The notes: a model not told the origin generated them from the sequence alone. A DNA stretch of 55,775 nt from an uncultured Dehalococcoidales bacterium (GCA_964543495.1 CAZIYN010000001.1:1-55775), one strand, 5' to 3'; counted from the stretch's first letter, positions 37,638 to 47,291 are shown. Made by a program: numbers and translations.

Positions 37638-39181
37638 CAGTCTATTGCCATCCCTTCATCCGGAGGGAGCCCCTCCACGCGCAGTATTCCTTCGAGTTCA
37701 ATCACCGTGCCGGCAAGGAAGTTAGGGCCATTCAGTGGGGCTATTGAGATAGATGTTATTGCATCGGTAAGCATATAGATATCCGATACTATGAAGACAG
37801 AATTGTCCGAATTGCCGTAAAGACCGAAACAGTGTTTGTAACGGTCGGTTTCAGCATATCCCGGAAATATCAGGGTGCCGCCGTCGAACTCTCCCGCGGG
37901 ACCCGTGCCGCTTACCAGCATCCAATCCTGGTCGGCATTGGTTCTTACCGCGGTAACCACGGCGCCAAACCCGTAGAGCTCCTGGGTGCTGTAATGAGCT
38001 GCAATACCATCCCCATTTATCGTAAATCTCACCGGGTCGCTGCCGGCTGCCCGGTCGGTCTTTGCATAGACGTGGAGAATAAGAGCTTCGAAGTTCTGGG
38101 GGATATTACTGATAGTAATGGAGGCCGCGGCAGCGTCCAGCTCTACCCGCTCGATAATTCGTTTCGGCACACGGTAGAGGGAGAAAAGCGAGCCAGTTAC
38201 GAAATTCGTGCCGGCATTGGGCTGATAGACTATCTTATTAACAGGCTCATCATTGGCTCTCATTCCACTCATAGTCCGAACCTCAGCCGTAGGTCCCGTG
38301 CTTTCGTGATATCCGCTTAATGATAGAAAATGAGGATGGTTACCTTTAATATACTGAGAGTAAACCGCTACAAGGGCGCCGAATACATTGGCCGTGGCAT
38401 TGGCGCCGCTGACCATACCTATTTCCTGGTTTACAGGAGATGCCGCCGCGGTAACCGCTGCCCTGGCCGTTAACTCCTGAGCAGGATAATTGCCGGCCGT
38501 CGTATCGTCGTTAATTGAATGCAGAACCTCATCTTCGACGGCCGCACCATCTGTTCGAGCGTATCCTATTAACACCAGGTCACCCTCCCCTTGGGGAATA
38601 TTATCAAATATAGCTGTCGCTGTCGGAGTTAATTCTTCCACCAGATAACGCTCGTCAATAACACCCAGGTGGAACGTGGAGCCGGCAAGGAAATTACCGG
38701 TGGTGCCCAGCAGAAGACTGATTATCGCGTTCGCGCTTGCCCACCTCCCAGCAGTCCCCTGCACCGAATAATCAGTTCCACCTCCCAGTGTCAAAATAGC
38801 CTTATGATTGACAGTATTGAAGGCGTGGGGAATGAGAATGACACCGCCGCCAAAAGAAGTAGCGCCCCAGGACGCTGCGGGTATCATTGAGGCATTATAA
38901 GCCGGCACACCGTCATTCCTTTGAGCAGCAGCCACAGCCGCTGTCCCAGTTATTTCCTGCCGGTTGTAAGTATTGCCAGAATCACCATTGAGTAGAATAT
39001 ATAAATCCCGCTGGGAAACAGCATCCTCACCAGCTGCGTTGATAATAACGACAAGGTGTCTGCTGGTTACCCGAGCGAGAGCATCCCACTCTGCTACTAG
39101 GTCGTCTATATCTGAGAAGGTGACAGTAGCCTGAGCAGTTTCTATCTCGATGGATTGCAGTATCTTTATTGGAAGGTTCAT
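37637..39181 (-). CDS. Triple-repeat beta-rich protein, 514 aa (paralog A)
   Basis: Colinear with 36078-37637. Same three-module architecture. Confidence 0.75.
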   Translation of the reverse strand: MNLPIKILQSIEIETAQATVTFSDIDDLVAEWDALARVTSRHLVVIINAAGEDAVSQRDLYILLNGDSGNTYNRQEITGTAAVAAAQRNDGVPAYNASMIPAASWGATSFGGGVILIPHAFNTVNHKAILTLGGGTDYSVQGTAGRWASANAIISLLLGTTGNFLAGSTFHLGVIDERYLVEELTPTATAIFDNIPQGEGDLVLIGYARTDGAAVEDEVLHSINDDTTAGNYPAQELTARAAVTAAASPVNQEIGMVSGANATANVFGALVAVYSQYIKGNHPHFLSLSGYHESTGPTAEVRTMSGMRANDEPVNKIVYQPNAGTNFVTGSLFSLYRVPKRIIERVELDAAAASITISNIPQNFEALILHVYAKTDRAAGSDPVRFTINGDGIAAHYSTQELYGFGAVVTAVRTNADQDWMLVSGTGPAGEFDGGTLIFPGYAETDRYKHCFGLYGNSDNSVFIVSDIYMLTDAITSISIAPLNGPNFLAGTVIELEGILRVEGLPPDEGMAID

Positions 39182-39182
39182 C

Positions 39183-39422
39183 TTACACCCCTATCGTGAG
39201 TTCTTCGTCTCTCTTTATCTTGAAGGGGCCTCCTCCGAAAGTAATTCCATCTGTTTCGATATGGATTACTGTCGCAATAGGACCCCAGTCCGCGGCTACA
39301 GTTTTACTCACACGCCCGTTCTCATCAGTCGTAAATTCTGTATTTATCGTCTCTCCCAGGGTAACCTTTGCGCCTATTAAAGGCTCACCGTTTTTTAATA
39401 ACTGAATACTCGCTATTGCCAT
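39183..39422 (-). CDS. Small beta-sandwich-like protein, 79 aa
   Basis: Minus-strand tiling ORF with Ig/CarbReg-like alternation. Confidence 0.55.
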   Translation of the reverse strand: MAIASIQLLKNGEPLIGAKVTLGETINTEFTTDENGRVSKTVAADWGPIATVIHIETDGITFGGGPFKIKRDEELTIGV

Positions 39423-39673
39423 TATTGACCTCCGTTAGTTTCTCCAGGCATCGCCCGCCTGAAGTAGAACTGGAATATCAGGGTTCCGATAACTATAAAG
39501 AACTGTGTCACTCCTCCGAGCCCAAGCCCGGTAAGGAGTGCCATCAAAGGGTCGAGTGTGTCAGGGTTATTCGTTACCAGCTTCGTGAATATTACTATTG
39601 CGAATACCAGCCAGATAAGTAGTACCCCGCAGTATACCAATGCCAGGATATCTCTGAAATTCTTTATTCTCAT
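39422..39673 (-). CDS. Two-TM membrane protein, 83 aa
   Basis: Two hydrophobic helices. Confidence 0.6.
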   Translation of the reverse strand: MRIKNFRDILALVYCGVLLIWLVFAIVIFTKLVTNNPDTLDPLMALLTGLGLGGVTQFFIVIGTLIFQFYFRRAMPGETNGGQ

Positions 39674-39681
39674 TTTACCTC

Positions 39682-39912
39682 CTAGTTCGGAGTACTCGTC
39701 GGAGAAGTGGCTACAGTGACACCAATAGCTTCAGCATCATTTCCATCATCCACCGATGTCTCAGTATCGTCGGTTACGGATGCCCTGGTAGGAGATCCGT
39801 AATTTTTGTTTATATCGACGCCTATCTCGGTTAATTTCCGGTAACTATGGGTGTGAGCATCGAAGACCGCATGGCTAACGCCGGAGGCTACCTCTTCCGT
39901 TTGCTTGGCCAT
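39682..39912 (-). CDS. Small protein, 76 aa (N-terminus paralogous to 39921-40214)
   Basis: MAKQTEEVASG compared with MAKQTAEVITP. Confidence 0.55.
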   Translation of the reverse strand: MAKQTEEVASGVSHAVFDAHTHSYRKLTEIGVDINKNYGSPTRASVTDDTETSVDDGNDAEAIGVTVATSPTSTPN

Positions 39913-39920
39913 TACTTCTC

Positions 39921-40214
39921 CTATGACTCGGCGACGTCTTCGTAATCGTATTCCATATTGCCGGCTGCATTGCGGTGTATACCGTAAATCTTGTATTCTC
40001 CGCTCTGCGGGTCGCTAACCATAATCTGCCGGTCGGCGTCGGCCAGCCCCATAACCGCAGTCTGAATCTCGGCTCCAGTCAGGTCCGCAGTCGCGTTATC
40101 TTCTATTCCGGAGAGCTTCGTCTGCTCGGTTGCAGACATCCGCTTGTAGGTAGACCCGTCCGGAATCCCGTCCAGATCTGAAGGAGTAATTACCTCTGCT
40201 GTCTGTTTTGCCAT
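39921..40214 (-). CDS. Small protein, 97 aa (C-terminus paralogous to 40227-40463)
   Basis: SDPQSGEYKIYGIHRNAAGNMEYDYEDV compared with SDPPSGGYKILNIWRNAAGNLEYEYEDT. Confidence 0.55.
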   Translation of the reverse strand: MAKQTAEVITPSDLDGIPDGSTYKRMSATEQTKLSGIEDNATADLTGAEIQTAVMGLADADRQIMVSDPQSGEYKIYGIHRNAAGNMEYDYEDVAES

Positions 40215-40226
40215 TGTCTTCCTCCT

Positions 40227-40463
40227 TTATGGCTCGGGCGTATCTTCATATTCGTATTCCAGGTTGCCCGCAGCGTTTCTCCATATATTCAATATTTTAT
40301 AACCACCGCTGGGAGGGTCGCTTATCAGATGTAGCCCTTCAAGGATTTCCTTTACTCTCTCATCTCGAACGGCATCCGTGCTGAGACCTCTACCAGTATA
40401 GCTTGCTCCTCCAATATCGTTTTCTCTTCCACTTGTCATATTTTCCTCTACAAGTGATTCCAT
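40227..40463 (-). CDS. Small protein, 78 aa (paralog)
   Basis: See 39921-40214. Confidence 0.55.
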   Translation of the reverse strand: MESLVEENMTSGRENDIGGASYTGRGLSTDAVRDERVKEILEGLHLISDPPSGGYKILNIWRNAAGNLEYEYEDTPEP

Positions 40464-43036
40464 ACCTTTATGTTTCCGCCTCTCAATACACAGGCAGTAG
40501 CAACAGCTCCATTATCGATTGATAATACCCAGTAACAGGCTCCCGCAGCTGCCCCTGATGGGATATTAGCCACAGTGGTAATGCTGCCTTTATATTGGTC
40601 GTTGACATAGAAACGGACTTCTACCCCGGGTATGTGAACCATCCTGACGCGATATACATATAGAGCGGTCATAGTTGTATTGAGATTAACCGTCGATCTT
40701 CCGGCATTAAAGGATTCTCCGTAGATATCGTAATTCTGTATTTCTATACCCAGTCCATCGGCTGCCAGAACTCCTTCTCCATTTGCTTGTTTGAGCTGGA
40801 ATCTACCTCTGATATCAGCATGCGAACCAGCATCCCTTGACAGGTCAATAGCATATTCTATTCGATTATCGAAATGAACCCTGTCCCACTGACCTGCGCC
40901 ATCGAAGGACGAATTCACCATTACACCCGGACAATGGAAAAGTCCATGGTCGCCTCCGGCAGCTGCGCAGGATACCTCGGCAAACGTCGTATATAACGTG
41001 CCTCCTCCTGTTCCTCCATGATTGGCCGTCCATAGAGAATTGATAGGCACCTGGAATGACCTTCCCTGCCTTTCTAATAGCTCCATAACGAATTCCGGAG
41101 TGGCGAAGATGGGATTGTCTTCCTGGTATTCAGTTATTCCATACCTCTTTATAATCCGCGTGAGAGCCGGGTTAAGAGGTCTCTCCTCTTCCAGCCTTAC
41201 CACCGGTTGCCCGGGGAAATTGGTAACGCCATGGTCGGGATTGATAATCGTCGAGAAGAGGCCGTTTATAGTGATATTATGCAAGTTCGAATTCGTAGCG
41301 AACTGGATATCCACCAGCCCCGCGTCTACATCGAAATCCCTCAGTATCCAGCCGTCCTGTGCCCCGGCAGTTATTACCGGTGTTACTCCATCAAGCGTGA
41401 TCCGGGTTGATAGTCCAGCACCGAATATTTCCACGTCATCTATTGCCCTGAGTACTTGAGCGGTAAGGGCAAAAGTGCCATACCCGAGTTCAATCTTTCC
41501 TCCGCCGACTGACAAAGCATTCAGGGCATGCTGGATCTGCATGCCGGAATGAACCTGGAAGTGTCCCGGGTCTTTCCTCAAAACAACGTTTGCGTTTGCC
41601 AGGTTGACGGTACTGCCGGCAGTGGTTTCATCCGAGTCGCCATCAAGCTCTATTAATCCGGAAGCGGCTACCTCGAATAATGAGACTTGCTGGCCAGCCC
41701 ACCTGTTTCCACCTCCGGAAATAGTGGCTGCTGCGATATTAACATACATCATCACGCCCTGGTCACAGGTGAAATCGTTTCCGATAAGGATACCATCCGC
41801 AGCGGCTGTATCAACATGTATGAGATGGAATCCGGCGGCGCCACTGGCAATATTACCGTAGTTATGCTTAAGGCTGAAATTTCCACCACCGGTTATATCC
41901 CATACCTGATGAGCAAAAGCGCCAGGCGTAATGATTTCTATTCTTACTCTTTCGAAGGTAAAAGAAGCCGCAGCTCCGCCGTCAGTGATGAGGGTTCGAG
42001 CCTGCGACGGGCTGTCGAGCTGGATGGTCACGTTTTCGATTTCCTGGTAACCAGCTGCTAAGGTGATTATATCATCGTCATCAAACTGGTAGAGCCGGAC
42101 AGCATTCCCCGGCCCTATACCTTTCAAATGAACATAGGTATTCATGGTGATGTTTTCGTTATAGATTCCAGGATGTATAAGGACAGTATAAGGATTCGCC
42201 GCCGCGGGTACCGGAGCATCGGCAGCCGCCATGTCAATAGCGTCCTGTATCCACATCCCTTCGTAAACTTCGTATTGCTGTTTCCCGTTTTTAAGGCAGA
42301 CAGTACCGCCCACGATATTTTCAGCCGCCTCGGTAGTTACCGAATCATTGTTGAAAACGATGGTTCCATTGGTAACGCTGAACATACGACCAGTGCCGGC
42401 CCATCGATTTCCGCCTCCGGTTATGGTGCTTGCCACCAGGCAGAGCACATGGGTAGAGTTGGCATTCTGGAAGGTGAAATTATTGTTTATCAGGTGGATA
42501 GTTGCAGGGTTATTCTGGCTGGTAACGGTATAAGATCCTCCGGTACCTCCGATATTGTGATAGCAATTCTCTACCCGGAGGTCCGTCCCATTTCCTTCAA
42601 TAACAAAAACATTGATTACTACTGCGCCCGGTGTGGTCACCTCGAAAATCACATTTCGAAGGACAGTACTGACTGCAGCAGCACCATCCCGGACATGTGC
42701 ACGCCCCCCTGCCGGGGTGCCCATACGCAGAGTAACATTCTCAACTTCACCATCGTCAATAGTGAGAATATTATTATCGTTCTGGTATATGACAACAGAT
42801 CCGGAAGGGCCCATACCCTTCAGGTGAACGTTAGCTGCCATGGTGATAGTTTCGTCGTAAATGCCAGGCCATATCTGCACTGTATAAGGAGCCGCGGCTG
42901 ATGGTGCCGGCACCGCCTGCGTAGCGCACCAGTTAATTGCCGCCTGAATCGTTATAAATTCCGACAGACCGCCCGGGGCAATGCCTACCCGCACAGTTCG
43001 CGGCATTCTTTTCAGTTTAGCGTCTATCTCTGCCAT
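40448..43036 (-). CDS. Spike/depolymerase-like protein with two beta-helix domains, 862 aa
   Basis: The internal duplication PYTVQIWPGIYDETITMAANVHLKGMGP / PYTVLIHPGIYNENITMNTYVHLKGIGP is typical of pectate-lyase-fold entry segments. Confidence 0.55.
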   Translation of the reverse strand: MAEIDAKLKRMPRTVRVGIAPGGLSEFITIQAAINWCATQAVPAPSAAAPYTVQIWPGIYDETITMAANVHLKGMGPSGSVVIYQNDNNILTIDDGEVENVTLRMGTPAGGRAHVRDGAAAVSTVLRNVIFEVTTPGAVVINVFVIEGNGTDLRVENCYHNIGGTGGSYTVTSQNNPATIHLINNNFTFQNANSTHVLCLVASTITGGGNRWAGTGRMFSVTNGTIVFNNDSVTTEAAENIVGGTVCLKNGKQQYEVYEGMWIQDAIDMAAADAPVPAAANPYTVLIHPGIYNENITMNTYVHLKGIGPGNAVRLYQFDDDDIITLAAGYQEIENVTIQLDSPSQARTLITDGGAAASFTFERVRIEIITPGAFAHQVWDITGGGNFSLKHNYGNIASGAAGFHLIHVDTAAADGILIGNDFTCDQGVMMYVNIAAATISGGGNRWAGQQVSLFEVAASGLIELDGDSDETTAGSTVNLANANVVLRKDPGHFQVHSGMQIQHALNALSVGGGKIELGYGTFALTAQVLRAIDDVEIFGAGLSTRITLDGVTPVITAGAQDGWILRDFDVDAGLVDIQFATNSNLHNITINGLFSTIINPDHGVTNFPGQPVVRLEEERPLNPALTRIIKRYGITEYQEDNPIFATPEFVMELLERQGRSFQVPINSLWTANHGGTGGGTLYTTFAEVSCAAAGGDHGLFHCPGVMVNSSFDGAGQWDRVHFDNRIEYAIDLSRDAGSHADIRGRFQLKQANGEGVLAADGLGIEIQNYDIYGESFNAGRSTVNLNTTMTALYVYRVRMVHIPGVEVRFYVNDQYKGSITTVANIPSGAAAGACYWVLSIDNGAVATACVLRGGNIKVWNHL

Positions 43037-43047
43037 ATCTCACCGCC

Positions 43048-43434
43048 TTAACTCTTTCTCGCCATGGCGAACAGACCAAGCCCCACGGCTCCGAGTAAGA
43101 GAACCGTAGCCGGCACTCCTCCTCCGGATACCCTCACCACGGTCTTAGCCGAGCTGTCCTGCCCCCACATAGTATCACCCGCTTCACACCAGCATTGAGC
43201 AACGATTTCAGCATTCTTATCCGGCATGACGAACGAAAGAGGCCAGGAAACACTGGCCCCGGGTATAATCGTCTTCTCGTAGGTCCCCGGGATTACCTCT
43301 CCGTTAACCGTAACCACCGGCTCGGCGTAGAGTGTCCAGCCATGCACGCTCGTTATCACAACCTCAAAATATACGGTCTCGCCCGGAACAAATCTCCCGC
43401 CGGACACCTCTATAGCAATCTGAGTTATATTCAT
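43048..43434 (-). CDS. Beta-rich protein with C-terminal TM anchor, 128 aa
   Basis: AAGGGGGG SD before ATG 43434. C-terminus VPATVLLLGAVGLGLFAMARKS. Confidence 0.55.
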   Translation of the reverse strand: MNITQIAIEVSGGRFVPGETVYFEVVITSVHGWTLYAEPVVTVNGEVIPGTYEKTIIPGASVSWPLSFVMPDKNAEIVAQCWCEAGDTMWGQDSSAKTVVRVSGGGVPATVLLLGAVGLGLFAMARKS

Positions 43435-43445
43435 ATTATCCCCCC

Positions 43446-44249
43446 TTACGGCCTCTGGAAGTCCTCCGTCCAAAATCTGTTTATTCCGACCTGCGGCGTG
43501 CAAGCGCCGCCGACATTGGTATCGAAGTACCAGTTTTTATACATCGGCAAATCCGGAAGGTTGGTTATATGAGTAGCGATCAAAGTCTCATTCAGATAGA
43601 AATCAATGGTCCCTACTCCTGCCGGCGTTTGCCGTATGGTGACCCGGAATTTATTCTTAGCGGCCAGGTTCTCACCGAACCCGGTATTAACGGTTTCAGC
43701 ACCTGCTAGATCGGTAACCGTTTGCAGCGCATTACCGGCCCCCACCAGGGCAAACCCGATAATATTATTCGAACCCCGGTTATCAGCCTGATTAGGAGTC
43801 AATCCAAAGAAACAGATAGTGTTATCGAGATTTGCCAGGTTGGCAATCGTCATCTCAAATTCAAAGTGAGACAGGCGGAGGATACTATTAATTCCCCAGT
43901 TATCAGGGCCTATCGGGTCCCGGAAAGTGGTAACAAGCCGAGCCGTCTCGTTCGCGTTCGGAGCGCACGTCGCGGTAAGTCCGTCGGCCATCACGCCGGC
44001 GCCGGCACCCCTTGCCCACGCAGCACCGGTCGCAGGGTGAGTAAGATTCCACAGGGTGAAATCTATCCCCAGCTCGTCCTGCCAGCCCTCGTAGTACTGC
44101 ATCTCCGGAGCGCCTATCTGCCCCAGGATAAGGATTATGAGGGCAATAGCCTCACTTATCGCCTCGAGACTGTCAGTCGCTCTATCGAACGTGTGGGCAT
44201 TATCCTTATTCATTATCCGGTCAAGCAACCGGGTCAGTAATCCTATCAT
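43446..44249 (-). CDS. Lectin/jelly-roll-like protein, 267 aa
   Basis: Beta-rich with no P-loop. Minus-strand tiling ORF. Confidence 0.55.
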   Translation of the reverse strand: MIGLLTRLLDRIMNKDNAHTFDRATDSLEAISEAIALIILILGQIGAPEMQYYEGWQDELGIDFTLWNLTHPATGAAWARGAGAGVMADGLTATCAPNANETARLVTTFRDPIGPDNWGINSILRLSHFEFEMTIANLANLDNTICFFGLTPNQADNRGSNNIIGFALVGAGNALQTVTDLAGAETVNTGFGENLAAKNKFRVTIRQTPAGVGTIDFYLNETLIATHITNLPDLPMYKNWYFDTNVGGACTPQVGINRFWTEDFQRP

Positions 44250-44261
44250 TTTATCCTCTCC

Positions 44262-44855
44262 TTACCCCATTATTATCGGCAGTAAATCACCATAGAGGTC
44301 GGACCGTGACCCTTCTCCGGATAGCGTCGTAAAAGTGACGTCCTGACCGTAGCCCTCTCCGTACTTATTTCTGGCCACGGCCCTGTAATGGTAGCTCTTC
44401 CCTCCGGAGAGCGGACCTACAATATCATAAAATGTGGACCCGGTGACAGCACCACTAACCCACTGTGTTTCATTTCCGTAATTCGAGGTCCCGCCATACT
44501 GGAATTTCGTCTGGCAGCCACCTCCCCTGTCATTAACTATCTGCCCGTTGAGCTGTGCATCATGCTCCCCTATCACGGAAGCATCAAGAGTTATAACATC
44601 GGGGGGCTCTCCGGGAGTCACGAAGCTCATAATGGCGCCATAGGTAGTCCCCACGGCATTCCGCGCAATAGCCATAAAATAAACTGTGACATTACCGCTG
44701 GGCACTAGCACAGTCTCGGAAAAGGCCATGCCGGTGTAGAAGGGCGTTTGCCACGCAGTATAATAAGTCGGCCCGCCGACGGTCCACGCGAAACATACAT
44801 CGCAGGGAAGCCCACCATCATCTGTCAGTGTCCCGTTTAATTTTGCAGTTGCCAT
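44262..44855 (-). CDS. Protein with two FN3-like domains, 197 aa
   Basis: Two occurrences of Y..(A/R)(I/V)ARN..G..YG....F(V/T)T. Confidence 0.5.
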   Translation of the reverse strand: MATAKLNGTLTDDGGLPCDVCFAWTVGGPTYYTAWQTPFYTGMAFSETVLVPSGNVTVYFMAIARNAVGTTYGAIMSFVTPGEPPDVITLDASVIGEHDAQLNGQIVNDRGGGCQTKFQYGGTSNYGNETQWVSGAVTGSTFYDIVGPLSGGKSYHYRAVARNKYGEGYGQDVTFTTLSGEGSRSDLYGDLLPIIMG

Positions 44856-45940
44856 TATCTCTGAATCTCCGTAGCATTATTCGTCTGCACCGTAGGCACC
44901 GATGCAAGAGACTGAGGGAAAAGACCGAAAGCTCCCGACAGGAAATTCGGAGCTCCAATTCCGGCAATATTCGAATTGAAAACCGGCGCCGCCGGGTTCG
45001 ACACGTCAATTATGGTGAGGCTACTATCAAACTGGGCTGCCACATAGGCAAACCCATTATAAAAATATAGACAGGCGGGCTGGCCCAGGAAATTTGGAGC
45101 CCCAAAGCCCTGTATGCTACCGGAAAGAACCGGGAGCGCAGGGTTGGTCACATCTATTATCGTCAAGGCATTATCATTAAAGGCGGTAACATAAGCCAGC
45201 CCCCCAGAGTAGAAAACCTTATTCGCTCCGCCCAGGAAATTAGGTGCGCCGGCTCCTTGAATGCTGCCGGAGAACACCGGGACTGCAGGGTTGGTCACAT
45301 CGATTACCGTAAGGGCGCTTTCCAGAGTGGCTGCCACGTAAGCATAGTTCCCGGATACATATACACCGCTTGGCCAGGAAAGGAAGGGTGGGATACCTCC
45401 CCCGCCATGTATCTCGCCGGAAAATGCCGGAGCCAGGGGATTGGTTATATCGATTATCGTAAGCCCGTCACCCTGGGCGCAAACGTAAGCGTAATTACCC
45501 TGAACAAAAACACACTGGGGAGTATTCAGCCAATTCGGTGCGCCGGCGCCGGCTATGTTTGCAGCAAACGCCGGGGCTGCCGGGTTAGTCACATCGATTA
45601 CTGTCAAACTGTTATCGCCGGCAGCACAAACGTATGCATAATTGCCGTCCACATATACGAAGTTGGCACCTGAGAGAAAGTTCGGGCCGCCGGCACCCTG
45701 GATACTTCCTAAAAGAGCAGGCGCCGCTGGATTAGATACATCAAATATCGATAGGGCATTATCGAGAATGCTCGCAACATAAGCCCTGTCGTTAACCACA
45801 TGAACCCCGTAGGCGCTCTGCAGGAAATTCGGTGCACCTGCACCCTGGATACTTCCGGAGAAGGCCGGAGCTCCGGTCACTGCGTCTATAATCGTTAATG
45901 CGTCGTCGTTCGGTGCGGCTACGCACATGTAAGGTGGCAT
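44855..45940 (-). CDS. LVIVD-repeat beta-propeller protein, 361 aa
   Basis: About 8 repeats of roughly 43 aa: GNYAYV.A..DN.LT(I/V)IDVTNPAAP...G.I.GAGAPNFL. Confidence 0.8.
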   Translation of the reverse strand: MPPYMCVAAPNDDALTIIDAVTGAPAFSGSIQGAGAPNFLQSAYGVHVVNDRAYVASILDNALSIFDVSNPAAPALLGSIQGAGGPNFLSGANFVYVDGNYAYVCAAGDNSLTVIDVTNPAAPAFAANIAGAGAPNWLNTPQCVFVQGNYAYVCAQGDGLTIIDITNPLAPAFSGEIHGGGGIPPFLSWPSGVYVSGNYAYVAATLESALTVIDVTNPAVPVFSGSIQGAGAPNFLGGANKVFYSGGLAYVTAFNDNALTIIDVTNPALPVLSGSIQGFGAPNFLGQPACLYFYNGFAYVAAQFDSSLTIIDVSNPAAPVFNSNIAGIGAPNFLSGAFGLFPQSLASVPTVQTNNATEIQR

Positions 45941-45955
45941 CCCATCTCTCCTCTG

Positions 45956-46339
45956 CTATCTGGTAGCGTCAAAGAACTCGCAATAGCAGGTAGTCAGCGC
46001 AACGGCCACAGCCGTCTGCCTCATCTCGATCAGAACACCAAAGGTGTCCATGAGCGGTCCGATGGTAATCTTCTGCTGATTGGTAGGCTGAGCACCGACA
46101 TACTCAACCAAATCCTTTAATACGTAAGCTCCTCCCTGGGTATCTCTCTTGGAGATTCTTATCTCGATGGTATCTCCCGCTACCATATTACTCAAATTGA
46201 TCTCGCCGGCTATGAAAAGCCAGGCGTAAGCATGGCTGTTGGCATAGACCGTCTGCCAGGCAGCCGTCATCGTATAGTTGCCGCTCTGCGCGGACCTCTT
46301 CGCCCTTAAAGCCGCCGGTACCGGATACGCTACTGCCAT
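45956..46339 (-). CDS. Small beta-rich protein, 127 aa
   Basis: Minus-strand tiling ORF. Confidence 0.6.
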   Translation of the reverse strand: MAVAYPVPAALRAKRSAQSGNYTMTAAWQTVYANSHAYAWLFIAGEINLSNMVAGDTIEIRISKRDTQGGAYVLKDLVEYVGAQPTNQQKITIGPLMDTFGVLIEMRQTAVAVALTTCYCEFFDATR

Positions 46340-46887
46340 TATCCTTGCTCCACTATATAAGCGACCCCGTCATTCACTGTGGGTGCCATCACCCACACGA
46401 GGTCGGCACTGGTCACGAAAAGCCCCACTGCTTCCTGAATAACCATTGGATAAGCTACCAGCATATTCTGGCTATCGCTCTGCTGAAAGGCCAGGTACAC
46501 CCACCCGACATTACCCGGGAGGGCCTTAACCACAAGCTGCCTGTTCTTAGGCACAACTATCGGGGGCAACTGGAAGCCTAAATTGGCTGTCGAGCAAATC
46601 ACCTGACCGGTAATCCCTTTACCGAAGTTACTGAAAGGGTCCTCGCCGCCGGCAGGAACTCCGCCCATCGACAGCGTCAGCTGATTAAGGCTTAACACCA
46701 GGTCATTAACCTGCTGGGCCTGAACGGCCGTCGCCTCAATGGTCTGGATATACATCTCCCAGACCTGCGGATCCATTCCCTCCGGAGCACCTGCGGCCCT
46801 GGCCTTCTGTACATTCTCGAGGAATGTAGCAATCAAGGCACCGCCGGCAGCTCCTATTAAAAGCCCCTTAGTTCTCTCTGAAGTCAT
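46339..46887 (-). CDS. N-terminal-TM beta-rich protein, 182 aa
   Basis: GLLIGAAGGALIATFL helix followed by a beta-rich domain. Confidence 0.6.
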   Translation of the reverse strand: MTSERTKGLLIGAAGGALIATFLENVQKARAAGAPEGMDPQVWEMYIQTIEATAVQAQQVNDLVLSLNQLTLSMGGVPAGGEDPFSNFGKGITGQVICSTANLGFQLPPIVVPKNRQLVVKALPGNVGWVYLAFQQSDSQNMLVAYPMVIQEAVGLFVTSADLVWVMAPTVNDGVAYIVEQG

Positions 46888-46900
46888 TCAGAGCCTCCCT

Positions 46901-47263
46901 TTACGTACCGATTTCCTCGACTTCAACCTGTACCTGCACGCCGAGTATATCGCTCTGAATAGTAAGGTTGGCGCCGACTTCTACCTCGGGAATCCAGTCT
47001 TCCTGCCATTCCGAGTCCATGCCGTTTGTTACGAAGATAAACGGAATGATCTGGGCAAAAGCCACACCAAGCCCTGTACCTATCTGAACAATGCAGTTGC
47101 CGACAGCGCTGTAGGCCATAATCTTACGCAGAATGACAGTCCTGCCGACCGTACCGCCCGCAGTAACCAGATAGAGGTTCTCGGGAGTCGCCGCAGCAGC
47201 TACCGCTACCACATCGGAGACCTTTCTTATTCCGCGAGCCCCTTGAATATAGTGACTAGCCAT
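46901..47263 (-). CDS. Small beta-rich protein, 120 aa
   Basis: Minus-strand tiling ORF. Confidence 0.6.
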   Translation of the reverse strand: MASHYIQGARGIRKVSDVVAVAAAATPENLYLVTAGGTVGRTVILRKIMAYSAVGNCIVQIGTGLGVAFAQIIPFIFVTNGMDSEWQEDWIPEVEVGANLTIQSDILGVQVQVEVEEIGT

Positions 47264-47291
47264 CTTATCCCCCTATTTCTCAAGAAATATT

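Noticed and set aside
36078-39181. Repeated modules checked as a diversity-generating retroelement template/variable repeat pair
   Set aside because: No reverse transcriptase is encoded. The modules are highly divergent at all positions rather than differing at adenine-specific sites.
42128-42901. 257-aa plus-strand ORF, with similar cases at 41022-41459, 43722-44240, 46739-47308, 51526-52134, 52686-53189 and 54057-55123
   Set aside because: All are antisense to motif-bearing or tiling minus-strand genes, and none shows plus-strand expression signals.
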